A DNA stretch of 64,000 bases from Paraspadella gotoi (lineage: Eukaryota > Animalia > Chaetognatha), in NCBI GenBank assembly GCA_051294375.1, contig CM119264.1, forward strand, positions 20,920,438 through 20,984,437, in the 5' to 3' direction. Position numbers and translations under genes: made by a program. The notes under the pieces are model-generated. The model was not told where the DNA came from and did no database searches. It saw only the letters and a program-made list of their open reading frames with translations. Below, in pieces: positions 1 to 31,573 of this stretch. Each line of letters opens with the position of its first letter. Within the stretch, counting starts at the first letter, position 1.

Positions 1-110
1 TTAAATTTAAAGTTAAATTATAAAATTAACCGATCTTAACGGTTAACCGTTAAAATGTTAGTTTTAACGGTAAGCGAATTTCCTAAAAAATTAACGGTTA
101 TCGGAACTCT
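1..110. mobile_element. Right end of non-autonomous hAT-like element (same family as 57567-60009)
   Basis: Ends in TTAACGGTTATCGGAACTCTA, the reverse complement of the left TIR TAGAGTTCCGATAACCGTTAA at 57567; subterminal TTAACGG motifs shared with 59900-60009 and 37200-37305. Confidence 0.7.
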
Positions 111-1495
111 AGTGGAGACAGTTATTAAATATGTTTTGTTTACGTTTTATCAAACAAAAATTTTCTCTCTTTTATTTTTATGTCTCCTTCTCAGTCTCTT
201 TTCTCTTTTAATTATATGTAGCTCTCTCTGTCTTTTCCCAGTCACTGATTCATCGGGAAAAAAACGAGTCTGGCAGCTGGCTCAGCAGGGGGTTTTTCTT
301 TTTCTCTCTTTTCTTCTGCTGCTGCCTTTTGATTTCTTTCTTTTTATTTTTATGTCTCCTTCTCTCTCTCTTTCTCTCTTTTCCCAGGCTGATTCATCGG
401 AAAAACAAACGAGTCTGCAGCTGGCTCTGCAGGGGCTTTTTCTTTTTCTCTCTTTTCTCCTGCTGCTTCTTGCTTCTCTGCTTCTCTCTCTCTCTCTCTC
501 TCTGCGTTTTTATTAAACATCGCAACATCGGGTTTTATTTCGTTCTTTCTTCTCGTCACTCTCTCTTTATTTTTATTTTTCTTTCTTTCTTCTATTCTTT
601 CTTTTCTCTATTCTTTCTTCTTCTATTCTTTCTTTCCTTTCTATTCTTTCTTTCCTTTCTATTTTTTCTTTCCTTTCTATTTTTCTTTCCTTTCTATTCT
701 TTCTTTCCTTTCTATTCTTTCTTTCCTTTCTATTCTTTCTTTATATTTATTCTTTTCTTCTTTTTCTTTCTGTTTATAAATTAATTTCTTTTCTCAATTT
801 TGATTTTTTTAGTATCAAAATTTGTCGTCAATCCATATTTTTCTTTTATATCTCTTTGTTTCTTTTTTCCTTCATTCTCTTTCTCTCTCTCTCTCATTCT
901 CTCTGTGTGTGTCTCTCTATCTCCTTATCTTCTTTCTCTCTCTCTCTCCCATTCCTACTCTCTCTCTCCCATTCCTACTCTCTCTCTTTCGCTCTGACAT
1001 TTTTTTTGTCAGTTGAACTTTGACTCGTGAGACACTGTTCTTTCATTAGGCTAAATTTTTTAATTTTCATTATTTTTGATAGCGTTGGGATCCCAAAAAT
1101 ATTAGGACACCATTTACCCGTATTTTAAAGAGGTTTTTTAGAAAAGTAGAAACAGGCAACTAAAGAATAAAACAAGTTTGAAGCAAACAACATCGGATCT
1201 GCCTACGATAATTTGGTCAACCTGCATAATTTGGTCAACTTGCACAATTTGGTCAACTAAAATGTCATATTACATTTGGATTCAAGTATTTTTTTGTTTG
1301 AATTTCCCTTCATTATGATTTAACTACAATATGCAAATTAGATTATAGTACTGTTCTGGTCTGGCTTTGGTGCAGGAGATACAGACTCGAAACATTCCTA
1401 ATGTAAACAAAAATCGTTGTTATCAAACAAACAAACTTTTTTTTTTTAACTTAGTTCGAAGTTTTTAAAATACATAAGTACTTTTTCATTTTTTT

Positions 1496-1560
<65 letters not shown>

Positions 1561-1570
1561 TTTTTTTTTT

Positions 1571-1595
1571 NNNNNNNNNNNNNNNNNNNNNNNNN
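1571..1595. other. Assembly gap (25 N) next to a long poly-T run
   Basis: Run of n in the sequence. Confidence 0.99.
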
Positions 1596-3729
1596 TTTGT
1601 TTATGTTTTATTTACAAAACAAAAACGTTTTAATATATGTCGCTCTCTCTTTCTCTTTCAATTATAAGTCGCTCTCTCTCTTTTTCTCCGTCACTGCTTC
1701 TTTTGATTTGTCTAAAAACGAGTTCCTGCTCTGCAGCATCTGTCCAGCTTCTTTCTCTCTCTCTCTCTTTCTCTTTTTCTCTCTCTCTCTTTTTACAAAA
1801 AAAAATTTGTATATTTTATGGACTCACCAATGTAGAAGACGATGCCGCGAGCAGTTCACCGTCTGTTGCACACAAGGACTTCTCCCTTTTTTTTACTTTT
1901 TTTTTGCTTTTCTTTTGTGAAGCAGGGCGCAAACCCGAGTTCTTTGGGTTGGGAAGAGCACGCGCTACCTCCGGCGCCATAGGTACTGCTGTTTCTTGGA
2001 CTAGTAAAGGGGCTGTTCAGGTTCTTTCTCTCTCTTTTAATTATATGTTGCTCTCTCTCTCTTTGTTTCTCTGCAGCGGCTGTTCAGTGGCTGTCCAGCG
2101 GCTGTCAAGCTTCTCTCTTTTTTAATTATATGTCGCTCTCTCTTTTTTTCTTCTGAATAGGGGTAGCCCCTCTCAATGGGGTGAGTCAAAAATTTAGAAT
2201 GAAATTATGCTAAAAACAAAAAAAAATTACATTTTTAAGTATACTTTCAATGTATAAAAAAAATTTTATATGGCTCTATACAGTGGAGGAGTGAATTTTT
2301 AGAGATAAATAATTTGAGACCACTTGGTAAAATGAAATGTGAATTTATTTTAGCGTAACATCGAAGGGAAATGCGTGCGAGAATAAAATTCAGCTCCTTG
2401 TATTTTGATGCTAGTGCGGAGTACAATAAGTATTCCCCGATCTAATACTTAAGGGAGTGGTCTTTTCATACAATTGAAACATTCTTTGAAATATTTTCCA
2501 CTTCATTGATAGGGAAGCCAGGTACTCTGGGAGTGAATAAACGGGACTGTGAAAGAGTCTTGATTGAAAGCTTGCAGGGACTTGCTATGTAATTATCTTG
2601 TAAGAGTGATGGAGGACTTAAACCACCAAAGCCTGTCCAAAGTCAGGGGCAAGATAGCTTATTTATTAAATGAATGGATAATTTTTATATTGGTTGTACC
2701 AATTTCATAACAATGACTTTTATATGAACTACTTTGTTTATCAAAGTAGGAATGTGAAAGGGAATGGAATTTTAGGCCGAAAAATATTATTTACATTTTT
2801 GGAATTCACAGAATTCTCTCCTTCAATCTTTACTATACCCAAATATTTATTTTTTAATATTTATTTATAGAAAGGAAAGGAGTTGGACCCTATTCAGATT
2901 CGTCTAAAACGAGTTCAGCTCTGCAGCGGATGTCCAGCGGCTGTCCAGCTTCTCTCTCTCTCTCTCTCTCTCTGATTATTTTTTTCCTTCTACAAACTTT
3001 TCTACGCTTTTTTCTCAAAACAAAATCACAAATTTACTTCCAAGATTTTTGTGGATTTATTTTACGGCACCGAGATTTAATCAGAATACATTTTATGTTT
3101 GGAAACAAGTTATTTGATCAACGGCGTCAAATTAGATTCCCAATTTTGAAGTCGCACGAACCCGCAAGTGTTCGTACACTCTCTGTCTCTGTCTCTCTCT
3201 CTCACTCTCTCTCTCTCTTTGTGACAGCGTTGTCGTCATCGTCGTCGTTGTCTGCGTCTGCGTCGGCGTCACACTTTTTCTCTTTCCCTCTCTCTTTCTT
3301 TCTCTCTCTTTCTTTTTCTCTCTCTCTCTCAGTCATATACAAATTTGTTTGTTTTATTTACAATGAATGATTTAACGTGTCTATGAATGGCTATCATCGC
3401 ATCAATGAAAGATTATCATCACATCAATGAATGACTATCATTGCATCAATCATTTAGTTATCATCGCATCAATCATTTGGTTATCATTGCATAAATTATT
3501 GGTTATTGGTTATCATTACATAAAGTTTTTGTCTTTCTTTTTTTATTTCCTTATTTCCTCCTCTTGTCTGGCGAGATAAATATTCTTTTATGATTTTTTC
3601 TTCTTTATCTTTTTTCTTCTTTTCTTTTTATTTATTTCTTTCTTTATTTATTTCTTTATTTCTTTCTTATTTTCTTTCCTTTTTTTCTCTTGGAAAAATA
3701 AATTGGATTAAAACTTTCTATTTCCACAG

Positions 3730-22979
<19,250 letters not shown>

Positions 22980-25191
22980 CCTACTATTTACAGGGAAGGG
23001 ATTCAAAACTTAGAAAATCCGTATCACTTCTTTTTTTTTTACTTTATGACGTATTGTGTGCATTAAAATAAAAAAATTGAATTGAAGATGCTTAACCAGA
23101 CCTTGTTCTAACTATTATTGCAATGCGATAAGTACTGTTGCAAAAACGACACCTGCCACAGCACCCAAAAGAATCACAGCTGCTCTTCATAAACGCTTTT
23201 GAAAGATTGAGCCATAGCTCAGAAACGGTTTAAAAGTAATATGGGTGCCCCAATTTCAAACGCCCTACTTAGCAAAGTTAAAAAGAATTTGATATGGATA
23301 ATATCAAGACGGAAAATCCTTCAGTCAAAAATTAAAATGTTGCTGCATCTGAAAACAATAAAGCCCTTTGTTACAGCCATACATATTAAACCCAAGGGTA
23401 TTGCATCTTTATAAATGTCAAGAAATGGAATCTCAGTACTCTATAGTAGACTGCAGCAATGGTTTTTAACCCAGTAGCAAAAATACATTTTATTATTATT
23501 TATTTCTAATAACCTTCTTAATTATATAACATACTACTAGAGAATGTTAACCTATTTTAGTAGTGGTTTTAAGCTCAAATCCGGCGCGGAGCAAATTCAA
23601 TCAACGTTGCATTCTTCTCGGTACTGTTCGAGTATGAAAAAAATAAAAGCTTTATCAGAGAGAGAAAGCATCAGTGATTATTTTGATGTATTATAAAATA
23701 AAATTCAATAATTTTTTGCCATTGAAATCTAATGGTAAAGTTTTGATTCACTACCCTGTACAATAGAGTGGAGCACTGGGGAACATAAATTTTATTTGAG
23801 TGATCAAACAAGGATATTTAGACGTAAGATAGTATGATTAAGGAGTACAAAAAATATTTTGCTTATATTGTTTGGGGAACAGTATCATTAATTACAATAT
23901 ATTTATAGTAATATTCTTTTAAAATCATAAATTTTCAAAATAATTTTTTTTTAAATTTTTATTAAAGATTCTGATTCTTCACAAAAAGTTAGATCAAAAA
24001 TATAAAATATGTTATTAAAAATTTCAATGTCTTGAGCCTCAAAAATGGAAAAAAGAGGTCAAATTCTTGACTTTTTTACACTTTGTATAGGGTAGTCTGG
24101 TGATTTTTTTATTTTTATTAAGAAAAATTTTTTTCACGTGCTGTCATGTAGCAGACATCGTTAGCTTTTGTATGATACCTCACATGATGCATTAAAATTA
24201 TTTTATGATAGCATTATGACATAAAATAAAAAAAATTGTGATAATTTTTTTCTGCCAGGCCTCGTAGACACAGCTAAAACTTAAAATTTTAAAATCTGAT
24301 AATACAGTCTTTTAGCCCTATGTCAGTAGTTTTTAAATCAGGGGAACAAAGTTTAAACTCCTAAATTATCATATTTAAATCATATGTTTTTTAAGGTTCC
24401 TACATGAATTTTTTTAATTTTTTTGTTTTTAAAAAAATGATAATCATTATCCTTAGTAATTATATAAACATTTGAGGAATAGAAAATTTTTGTTTATATC
24501 AGAAACATAATTCAATATTTACTCTTTCAGAATCTATATTTATTTATTTTTTTAAATTTCAAAAGTTGTTATACTTTTCACTAAGATTCCGATCAAGATT
24601 TTAAAAAAATCCTTTGAAACATTTTAAAAAAATTATATGGAAAAGATGCCCCATAATTATGGCTTTAATATGATACCAGTCTCATCGTTCTATCATTTTT
24701 GGTTCAAAAGATATCAAAGAAAATCATTTTTTTTATTACCAATTGATTTGGCCGAAGCTAAAAGTTTAGGTGGAACCAAACCAAACAACTTGCTTTAAAG
24801 GCATATCGCGTCTATGCGCGTCTCCATAGGTCAATTTTAAAAACAGATTTGGAATCCTCAAACGCATATTTACTAGTAACTTGACGACATCAAGTGACAG
24901 AATGGTTCTATTATTATATCAAAATTAAAAATTAATTCTAATATATTTAGTTAATATCTATCGATTTCAATGAAAAAAAGGCACTAGGTATAATGCATGT
25001 GATTGAACAATGTTTTCGCAATAATAATTTTATCAATTTTATGTATTTTTATTCAGTGAGTAAAATAACAACTTTTTTATTCGCTAATTTTTATCTTGGA
25101 CGCTTAACGCCAGACTTCCCTACTTTGTAGTAGAAACTATTATATGATGAAACTTTTTAATCATTTTTCGCAGCTTTAACCTAAAAATATC

Positions 25192-25753
25192 ATGTATGGT
25201 GGACTAAAATCCACCAACCGTTCATCAGCGGCCATTGGTGCCGGAGGCAAGTCATTCGCCTCCCAACCCAAAGGTCCGGGGTTCTAGCCCGGTGGCTGCC
25301 TAGCATTTAAGAGGGACGGGGCGCTTAACCCGCCTGTAACATGGTGTTACAGCCTGATCCGAAGCTCAGGGACTGCTTATATTGAATGGTTCTGTCATTA
25401 ACACATATCAATAATTACTGTCTCTTCATTGGTGAGCCCGACTTCCGAACACAACAGCAACAACAACCCTTTCAGGCGACATGCCTCAACCTGGCGATGC
25501 ACTTTCCGCCCACAATATATCAGGCGATAGGCCTCAACTTGATGACGAACTTTCCACCAACAACAACAATTCACTGAAGAGACGCAACAGACTTCTCCCT
25601 ACGGGAGGGGGGATGTATGGTGGACTAAAATCTACCAACCGTTCATCAGCGGCCATTGGTGCCGGAGGCAAGTCATTCGCCTCCCAACCCAAAGGTCCGG
25701 GGTTCTAGCCCGGTGGCTGCCTAGCAGTTAAGAGGGACGGGGCGCTTAACCCG
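25192..25753 (+). mobile_element. Family A tRNA-headed twister element, head-to-tail 1.3-mer (period 421 bp)
   Basis: Unit starts ATGTATGGTGGACTAAAATC at 25192 and again at 25613; near-identical copies at 41032-41680 and 32819-33034 (-). Confidence 0.75.
25302..25377 (+). ncRNA. Twister ribozyme, type P5 (family A)
   Basis: P5 GCATTT/GACTGC (one mismatch); AA; P2' GAGG; GA; T1' CGG; P1 GGCGCT; TAA; P2 CCC; GC-C; P3 TGTAACA/TGTTACA; G; P4 CCTGA/TCAGG with loop TCCGAAGC. Predicted cleavage 25326/25327. Confidence 0.7.
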
Positions 25754-26484
25754 GTGAATCCAAAACTGTTTTTAAAATTAAGAAAATATGATTTTATAAG
25801 GATATTACTATAAAGAAAATTCAATTAATGATAATGTTATGCATTTTTTTTGAAAAAGAGTTTAATTATTTTTTATTACATATACAAAGGCTGCAAAAAA
25901 ATATTGTTTCATCGCTCAATCTTTTCATTACTCCACCCTACTGTACAATGTACAATGTACATGTACATAGACAATTAGTATTTTCGTAATTTGGTTTTAT
26001 AAAGGAGTAACGGTGTATATTACAATATTCAGTATGCTATATACTTTATTACAAAAATAGGTTCACTATTCTTTTCTAGATAATTCATGTATGTTACCTT
26101 GTAACACGAGAAATCTCTTCCCAGGTCAAAGACAAGTTGGATGGCTCGGTGAGAAAAGATTGGAGAGAGTTCCACGTCCCAAAGACGTCGATTGCAGCTT
26201 GGCTCTACATCGGGCGACGGGTGAGACAGTTCAGGGTTGAATGGTTGAGAAACCACAATGTTGAATATAACAATTCGTGGCAGTCTTTTTGACTCTTGAA
26301 AATAATCTAAAATTTAGCTTAGTTTAATGACACTGAACGGATAATGAAAATTATCAAAATCAACTAGTATTTTACGGTAGTAAAAGATCATTAAACATTA
26401 TGAAGCTTTATAAAAAAGCATAGTAGTAATGACAAACAAGTTCACTTATTTCACCCCCGATTCATTAATTCGACATTATCAACA

Positions 26485-29400
26485 GAACCGCATTCGATTC
26501 AGCTGCTCCCCAGTAATCGTGGTGGATTCGGTGCCCGTGACACTGACGCGTGGCCCGGTGACCCTGCAGCAGCAGACGATGAGGTTCTGGTTACCGAAAG
26601 CCACGAAAGCTGTGGCCGACGATGCGGAGCAGTACGGGGAAGTTCTTGTCAGGGTCATGGTCGGAAAGATCGGGGGAGAGATGGAGCAAGTCATGGTGGT
26701 TAAACCCGGCAAAGTGAGTGACTCAAGAACTTAACCAAGCGAATCGATGCTTAACAACGATAGATACCGTGTTTTTAATCTCATTTAAATATTAAAAATG
26801 TCCTGGTTTTTACCAAAAACCAAGTACCTAAGTAGGAATACTGTGAAAGACTAGTAATATGAGGTGAAAGTATTAGGATTAACGGAGTGTGCCTCTCTCA
26901 GAACGGCCCATGGAAAGTGGCTCCACGCCCACTGCTCGAAGATCCCATCCCGGCCTCGTCGTGGCAAACATCTCAAGCGCCATCATCATTGTCCTCCGCG
27001 TCGTCGTCGTTCGTCGAAGGCTTAGTCGCCATCAGTAGCGCCGGCGTGGAAATCGGCGTCGCCGCGATCCTCCAACGTCGTGAGTCGTCAATGGACACTT
27101 CGGGCGGCGTCATTGGCGACGCCAATTTTCTTATTCACTTTCCAGAGGATACTGTGGACAGATCGGCGAAGGTGAGTTCTTGGATATAACAGAGTCAAAT
27201 TGATATAGATTTTTGGCTCGATTGATCTTTTCTATTTTCTTTCTTTGGCACCAGTTGGTGCTTCAAATTGAACGCGACGAGTTCGATCAGACTTCGACGA
27301 CTTTGCATCTGTCGTCGTCGCGTCCCCTCCGCGCTGAACATCTCGTCGTTGAGATGCCGGCTAAGGAAGGCGCGGAAGGAGGCGAAGTCATGTCCGTCTC
27401 CGTTCAAACAGGTGAAGGAAAACCATCTCACCTTATATTTCTCTAACGGTATGATTTATACCAGAGGAAAAGAAAAAAAATTATGAGAAGTTTTCATGTT
27501 CCTACTATAATTTTTTTTTTTTTTCAGATGGAATGAGACGCATTGAATGGCAATCTCTCATCACCGTCGACGTCACCGACGAGACTGACGTCGAAGATCA
27601 ACGAAAGAAAATTAAAGTTCAAAATCTTCCTCAAAATTGCACCGGATTTTCGTTGCTGTTGCAAGAAAACCCAAAAGCGTTGAAAGAAGCGGATATGGCA
27701 GAAGAAATTATGGAACCTGAGGGACCTGGTATGGATATATTTTCTTTTTTGTTGTTACACTCACGCATGATGTTAGACTTTTGCACGTTGTGTCTATTAG
27801 ATGTATCAAAATAAGATTGACAGATCTTATTTTGCGTCCTTGTATGTTTATAAATATTTATGAAATTAGTCACTCGCACGTTTTGTATATTAAACGCCAT
27901 TTAACCGAATTCGAAACTCAAGACGCACGGCGACGAAATAAAAAAAAATTTACTCGAATTCCTCCATTTTTATTAACGCTGTCGCTAAATAAAAATTACC
28001 GGCTCAAATTCGTCTGCAACACCTTTTCCGGCGACCACGAAAAATTATTAGTGAACAAGATTAACGAAGTAAAAGATTCGTCGCTGGATAAAGGTATCAA
28101 AGAGGAGAGACGCGAATCGACGCCTCGATCGCAGTCAATCGAAGACGATCGAGGGTTGATCGCGATCTATCATCCCGAAGTTGTTGACAGCGACGGTCCT
28201 CTGTCTGTCCTCTCGACGCCGACGAAGACTTCTCATCAGAGATCTCCGGATCTCTCAGAGTTCTCCCCTAATCCAACCATTGAGTGGCCGGACCGAGGCG
28301 TCCCCTCTCCCCACCCGGATGTCAAGACCCCCCCCAATCTAGTTCCACCGACGACAGTGTTCGACACTTTGAGTCATTTTTTCGGGTCTAAGTTGACGAC
28401 GCTGCGTCTTGACGATCGAAAGGATCGTCGATCGAAACCTCTTGTCTTTCGTCGTAAATCTGTGTCCAGGAAGATGCGAGCTCGACCCCCGCGTCGGATA
28501 AATCGCGAGACGGAGACTAAGACGTTCTTGGTAAAGTCTTTTACCACTCAGACTTCTGCCGAACCAGGTGTCCTTGAGGCGTCCTCCGAATCGTCAACCG
28601 TCGCTCCGCCCAACGACCTCGACAATGCGGCGACAGAAGCGACGCCTTTCGGCGCCGTTAATCGACGGGAAGGAGCGACGCCAGCTAACGACTTTTGGCA
28701 TCCGGTGGAGGCGGGGTTTTTGGGTCACTTCTTTCGTATCAAGAGGAAAATGTACAAGCGGCAGAGGAGGACGAAGCTGCGGGAAGGGGGTCGGGACTAT
28801 GTGGATGCGATTCATGAAAAGAGGAGAGACAAAAGATGACTGCCAAGTCTATTTTACTGCATAGATGATAAAGACAACGTCAACAAATAGAAAGAATAAA
28901 AACTTTAACACGAAATGCAAAAAAACTCAATAAGATTTTTTTTTATGTATTGGCCCAATACTATTGGGGTTATTTTTATATTAATCTATCCATCATATCA
29001 GGTAATTTTTACATACGTCTATTTCTTTGTGGTTATGTGTTTGTTAGTTGTGGTAACAAGATAATTTTGTTTATTAAGTTGTTATACATACAAAATCAAT
29101 AAACTAAAGTCAACAATAAAAATGAAAAGGACAAAATGGTTAAGAGAGAATAGTTTATGGAATATTGGATATTTGGGAAAATTTGAGATATTATGGCAAC
29201 AGCCGGGTTGCCTGTGATGCCCATTGAGATGGGGCATCTCACTGTTGGCTTTGGGGGCTTCCGACCCTCAGTGACTCTTGTCACTGGCGCGGTTACCCTA
29301 GGACGGTCTCACTTTGCCAACGCAGAGGGAAGTCATTAGGACTGTGGATGGAACACTAATCCTTGGATGGTGTGTTCCCCCTCTGAGCCAATGGATTTGG

Positions 29401-30530
29401 CTGAAGGATGGTGGACGTGAGGCAGTGTGAATATACCGCCACAATATTTTATTATTTGCATTGGTAATGATCAAAATCATAAATAGGAGACAAAAAAGGA
29501 AAAACAATAACATGGTTAATCAACACAGTAGAAAATATCAAGAATGGATACGAGTGGGGTCAGGCCTGGTCAAACACGACCGAACGTGTCGTCTTGGAAG
29601 TTGATTTTGATGTCGTTCTTTTTATCATTACTGTATACAGGAAAAGTTTCGTCGTCGTTGTCTTTTTATATTTCGCCATTGCGTTCATTTGAGTCATTTA
29701 AACCCCTGAATCGTTTCGCATAAAAAAGTCGAAGAAAAGAAAGTTTTCATTTATCTTTACCAAATAACGTAACCACCGGTCCACGCCCCCAATCAGTGCA
29801 CCCCCTAACGAAGGCCTTCGTCTCGGTCGCACCCAACATCCCCGCGACGCACTGGCGCCTCCTGGCTGAGCGGATGCACGTAAAGAGCGTCGCCCACGAC
29901 GACGTGATGGCGCAGAAACCGGAAGTAAAGGCGAAGAGATTGATCGAATCTTGGATGAAATACAACCCCGGCACGACCGAGCGACAGGTGAGGTGTGGGG
30001 AAAACCAAAAAGGGACGGTTATGGGAACGGGGGACATGAGTGACGCCTGGCGTGTGAGGCATCTCCTAACAGCTGGCACTCAGGGTTTCAACCTGCAATG
30101 ACCACCCCATGTCACTGGCGTGTTTATGCCAACACCATCACACCTTAACCAGAGTGACCATGAGGGGATTGAACCCGGACCTCATGGTTGGCGAACGAGT
30201 ACTTAGCAGTCCAAGCCAATGGGAAGAGCTGAGATTCACTAAGCTATGCGGGAGGCGAATTTAGGATTCGCCACACTCAACTATTTTTTTTTATGTCAAG
30301 AATACATTAAATAAACAAAAACCCATGATGCGTGTGTTAGTACATACCTTAACTTAACATAACTTATGTAAAATAGAAAACCCACGAGCGCCTTAACCGA
30401 ACGATGCTCTTCCGATGTGACATTCGTTGTTCCAATCTTTGACTTTTTCCGTCACCTTCCGACTCGTTAATTTTCCAGCCCAACGGGTTTTTGAGTTGCG
30501 AGGTTATGCACCCCGCTCCGATTCGTTCCG

Positions 30531-30572
<42 letters not shown>

Positions 30573-30797
30573 CTCCCTTCTCACTCCCTCTATTTTTCTC
30601 TCGCGCCATCCGACTTGTTTATTCGGGTCACCGAAACTCTTTCACGTTCCATTGAACACGTGAATGAAATCAGTTACAAGTAATTATTTTCTTTCTTTTT
30701 TTCAAATGCGTTGTCGCTTCTCCATAAGGTGTAAGCATGAGGGTTAGTGGGTTTGCTCGTAGTATCACTTATTTATCCTTAACAAGTTTATTAAGTT

Positions 30798-30861
<64 letters not shown>

Positions 30862-30960
30862 CTCTCTCATCCACTCTTACAGATGATGAAGCTTCGAAGC
30901 ATCATGTACGAGTGTCAACTCGGTCGAGCGGCTGAAAAAGTCCGGGCTCATCTAATGTAG
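26485..30960 (+). CDS. ZU5-like + C-terminal death-domain protein (PIDD/UNC5/DTHD1-like architecture), 5' end not identified
   Basis: Exons approx 26485-26713 (CSPVIVVDSVPVTL), 26902-27171 (GGVIGDANFLIHFPEDTV), 27255-27411, 27528-27728, 29797-29987 (HWRLLAERMHV...RLIESWMKYNPGTT), 30883-30960 (KLRSIMYECQLGRAAEKV, stop TAG). The last two exons join into a typical death-domain pattern. The ZU5 assignment is weaker. Confidence 0.6.
27824..28839 (+). CDS. Long coding-like ORF within the ZU5/death-domain gene (probable alternative or terminal exon)
   Basis: 352-aa ORF with the CG-rich codon style of real exons; acceptor TTGACAG at 27823 is phase-compatible with the donor at 27728. Confidence 0.4.
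29194..29443 (-). mobile_element. Family B Pol III-head twister element
   Basis: Homologous over ~250 bp to 61378-61626; A-box-like TGGCTCAGAGG, B-box-like GTTCCATCC, twister motif, 3' hairpins GATGCCC/GGGCATC and GGCAAC/GTTGCC. Confidence 0.7.
29245..29320 (-). ncRNA. Twister ribozyme, type P5 (family B)
   Basis: TTGGC-AAA-GTGA-GA-CCG-TCCTAGGG-TAA-CCGC-GC-C-AGTGAC(AAGA)GTCACT-G-AGGG-TCGGAAGC-CCCC-AAA-GCCAA; predicted cleavage 29295/29294. Confidence 0.72.
30038..30225 (-). mobile_element. Family C tRNA-headed element with decayed type P5 twister (30073-30152)
   Basis: Head with A-box TGGCTTGGACTG, AGGTC and B-box GGTTCAATCC. Then CTGGT-TAAG-GTGT-GA-TGG-TGTTGGCA-TAA-ACAC-GC-C-AGTGAC/GTCATT-G-CAGG-TTGAAAC-CCTG-AGT-GCCAG, with a damaged L4. 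3' hairpin GATGCCT/AGGCGTC as in family B. Confidence 0.55.
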
Positions 30961-31573
30961 CCCAATCATCTTATGACTTTACATTCTTGTCAAAACATCA
31001 TGGAAAAAGTTTTGCGTCGTGGGATATCTGTCGTATGACCGTATTTTGTGCTTTGGGTTACTCTTGTTTTTTAATATAATAATTTATATAGATAAAGTTA
31101 GTAAAATCAATATTCAACGACCATTTATAAAAAATAAATGATTCTTTATTGTCAAGACATTATCTTCGTGAAATTTTACTTTGAAGCTTTTTTCCTAAAG
31201 GAAATATTGAACTATCGCTAAGTAAAAAACAATCCTTCACTTTATATTGCGTGATATATCTCTTTGTTCCAAGTACTATCTATTTAACTTAAATTTATGT
31301 TTCTAAATATATCAGTAGCCTTTTTTTATTGCATTCTAAAAATGATATTTTAGAAATTAGAATATTAGAAAGATGAGTCCAGCCAGAAATAGGTAAATAT
31401 GAAATTAGACAACTAAAAAAAAACAACTGACTCAATGATTTGACGATAAAAAAATAAGCGGAAACTGGTTTGGGTTGAGAAGGAAATGATTCCGTTGCCT
31501 TTTGTTTGCCTTGGATTGATTGACGACGAAATGAAGAAGGAAAACACCGCCATGGGTACGCACTAGACTAGTC

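Noticed and set aside
1350-1420. GACTCGAAACATTCC followed by a hammerhead-like tail
   Set aside because: No CUGANGA box or stem I; at most a decayed remnant.
55-3370. Many Leu/Ser/Phe-rich ORFs
   Set aside because: Produced by (CT)n and T-rich simple repeats; no domain signal or splice support.
25229-25300. Functional tRNA-Gly(CCC) gene
   Set aside because: The anticodon stem does not pair, the T-loop is out of register and the sequence is part of a dispersed repeat; treated as a tRNA-derived head.
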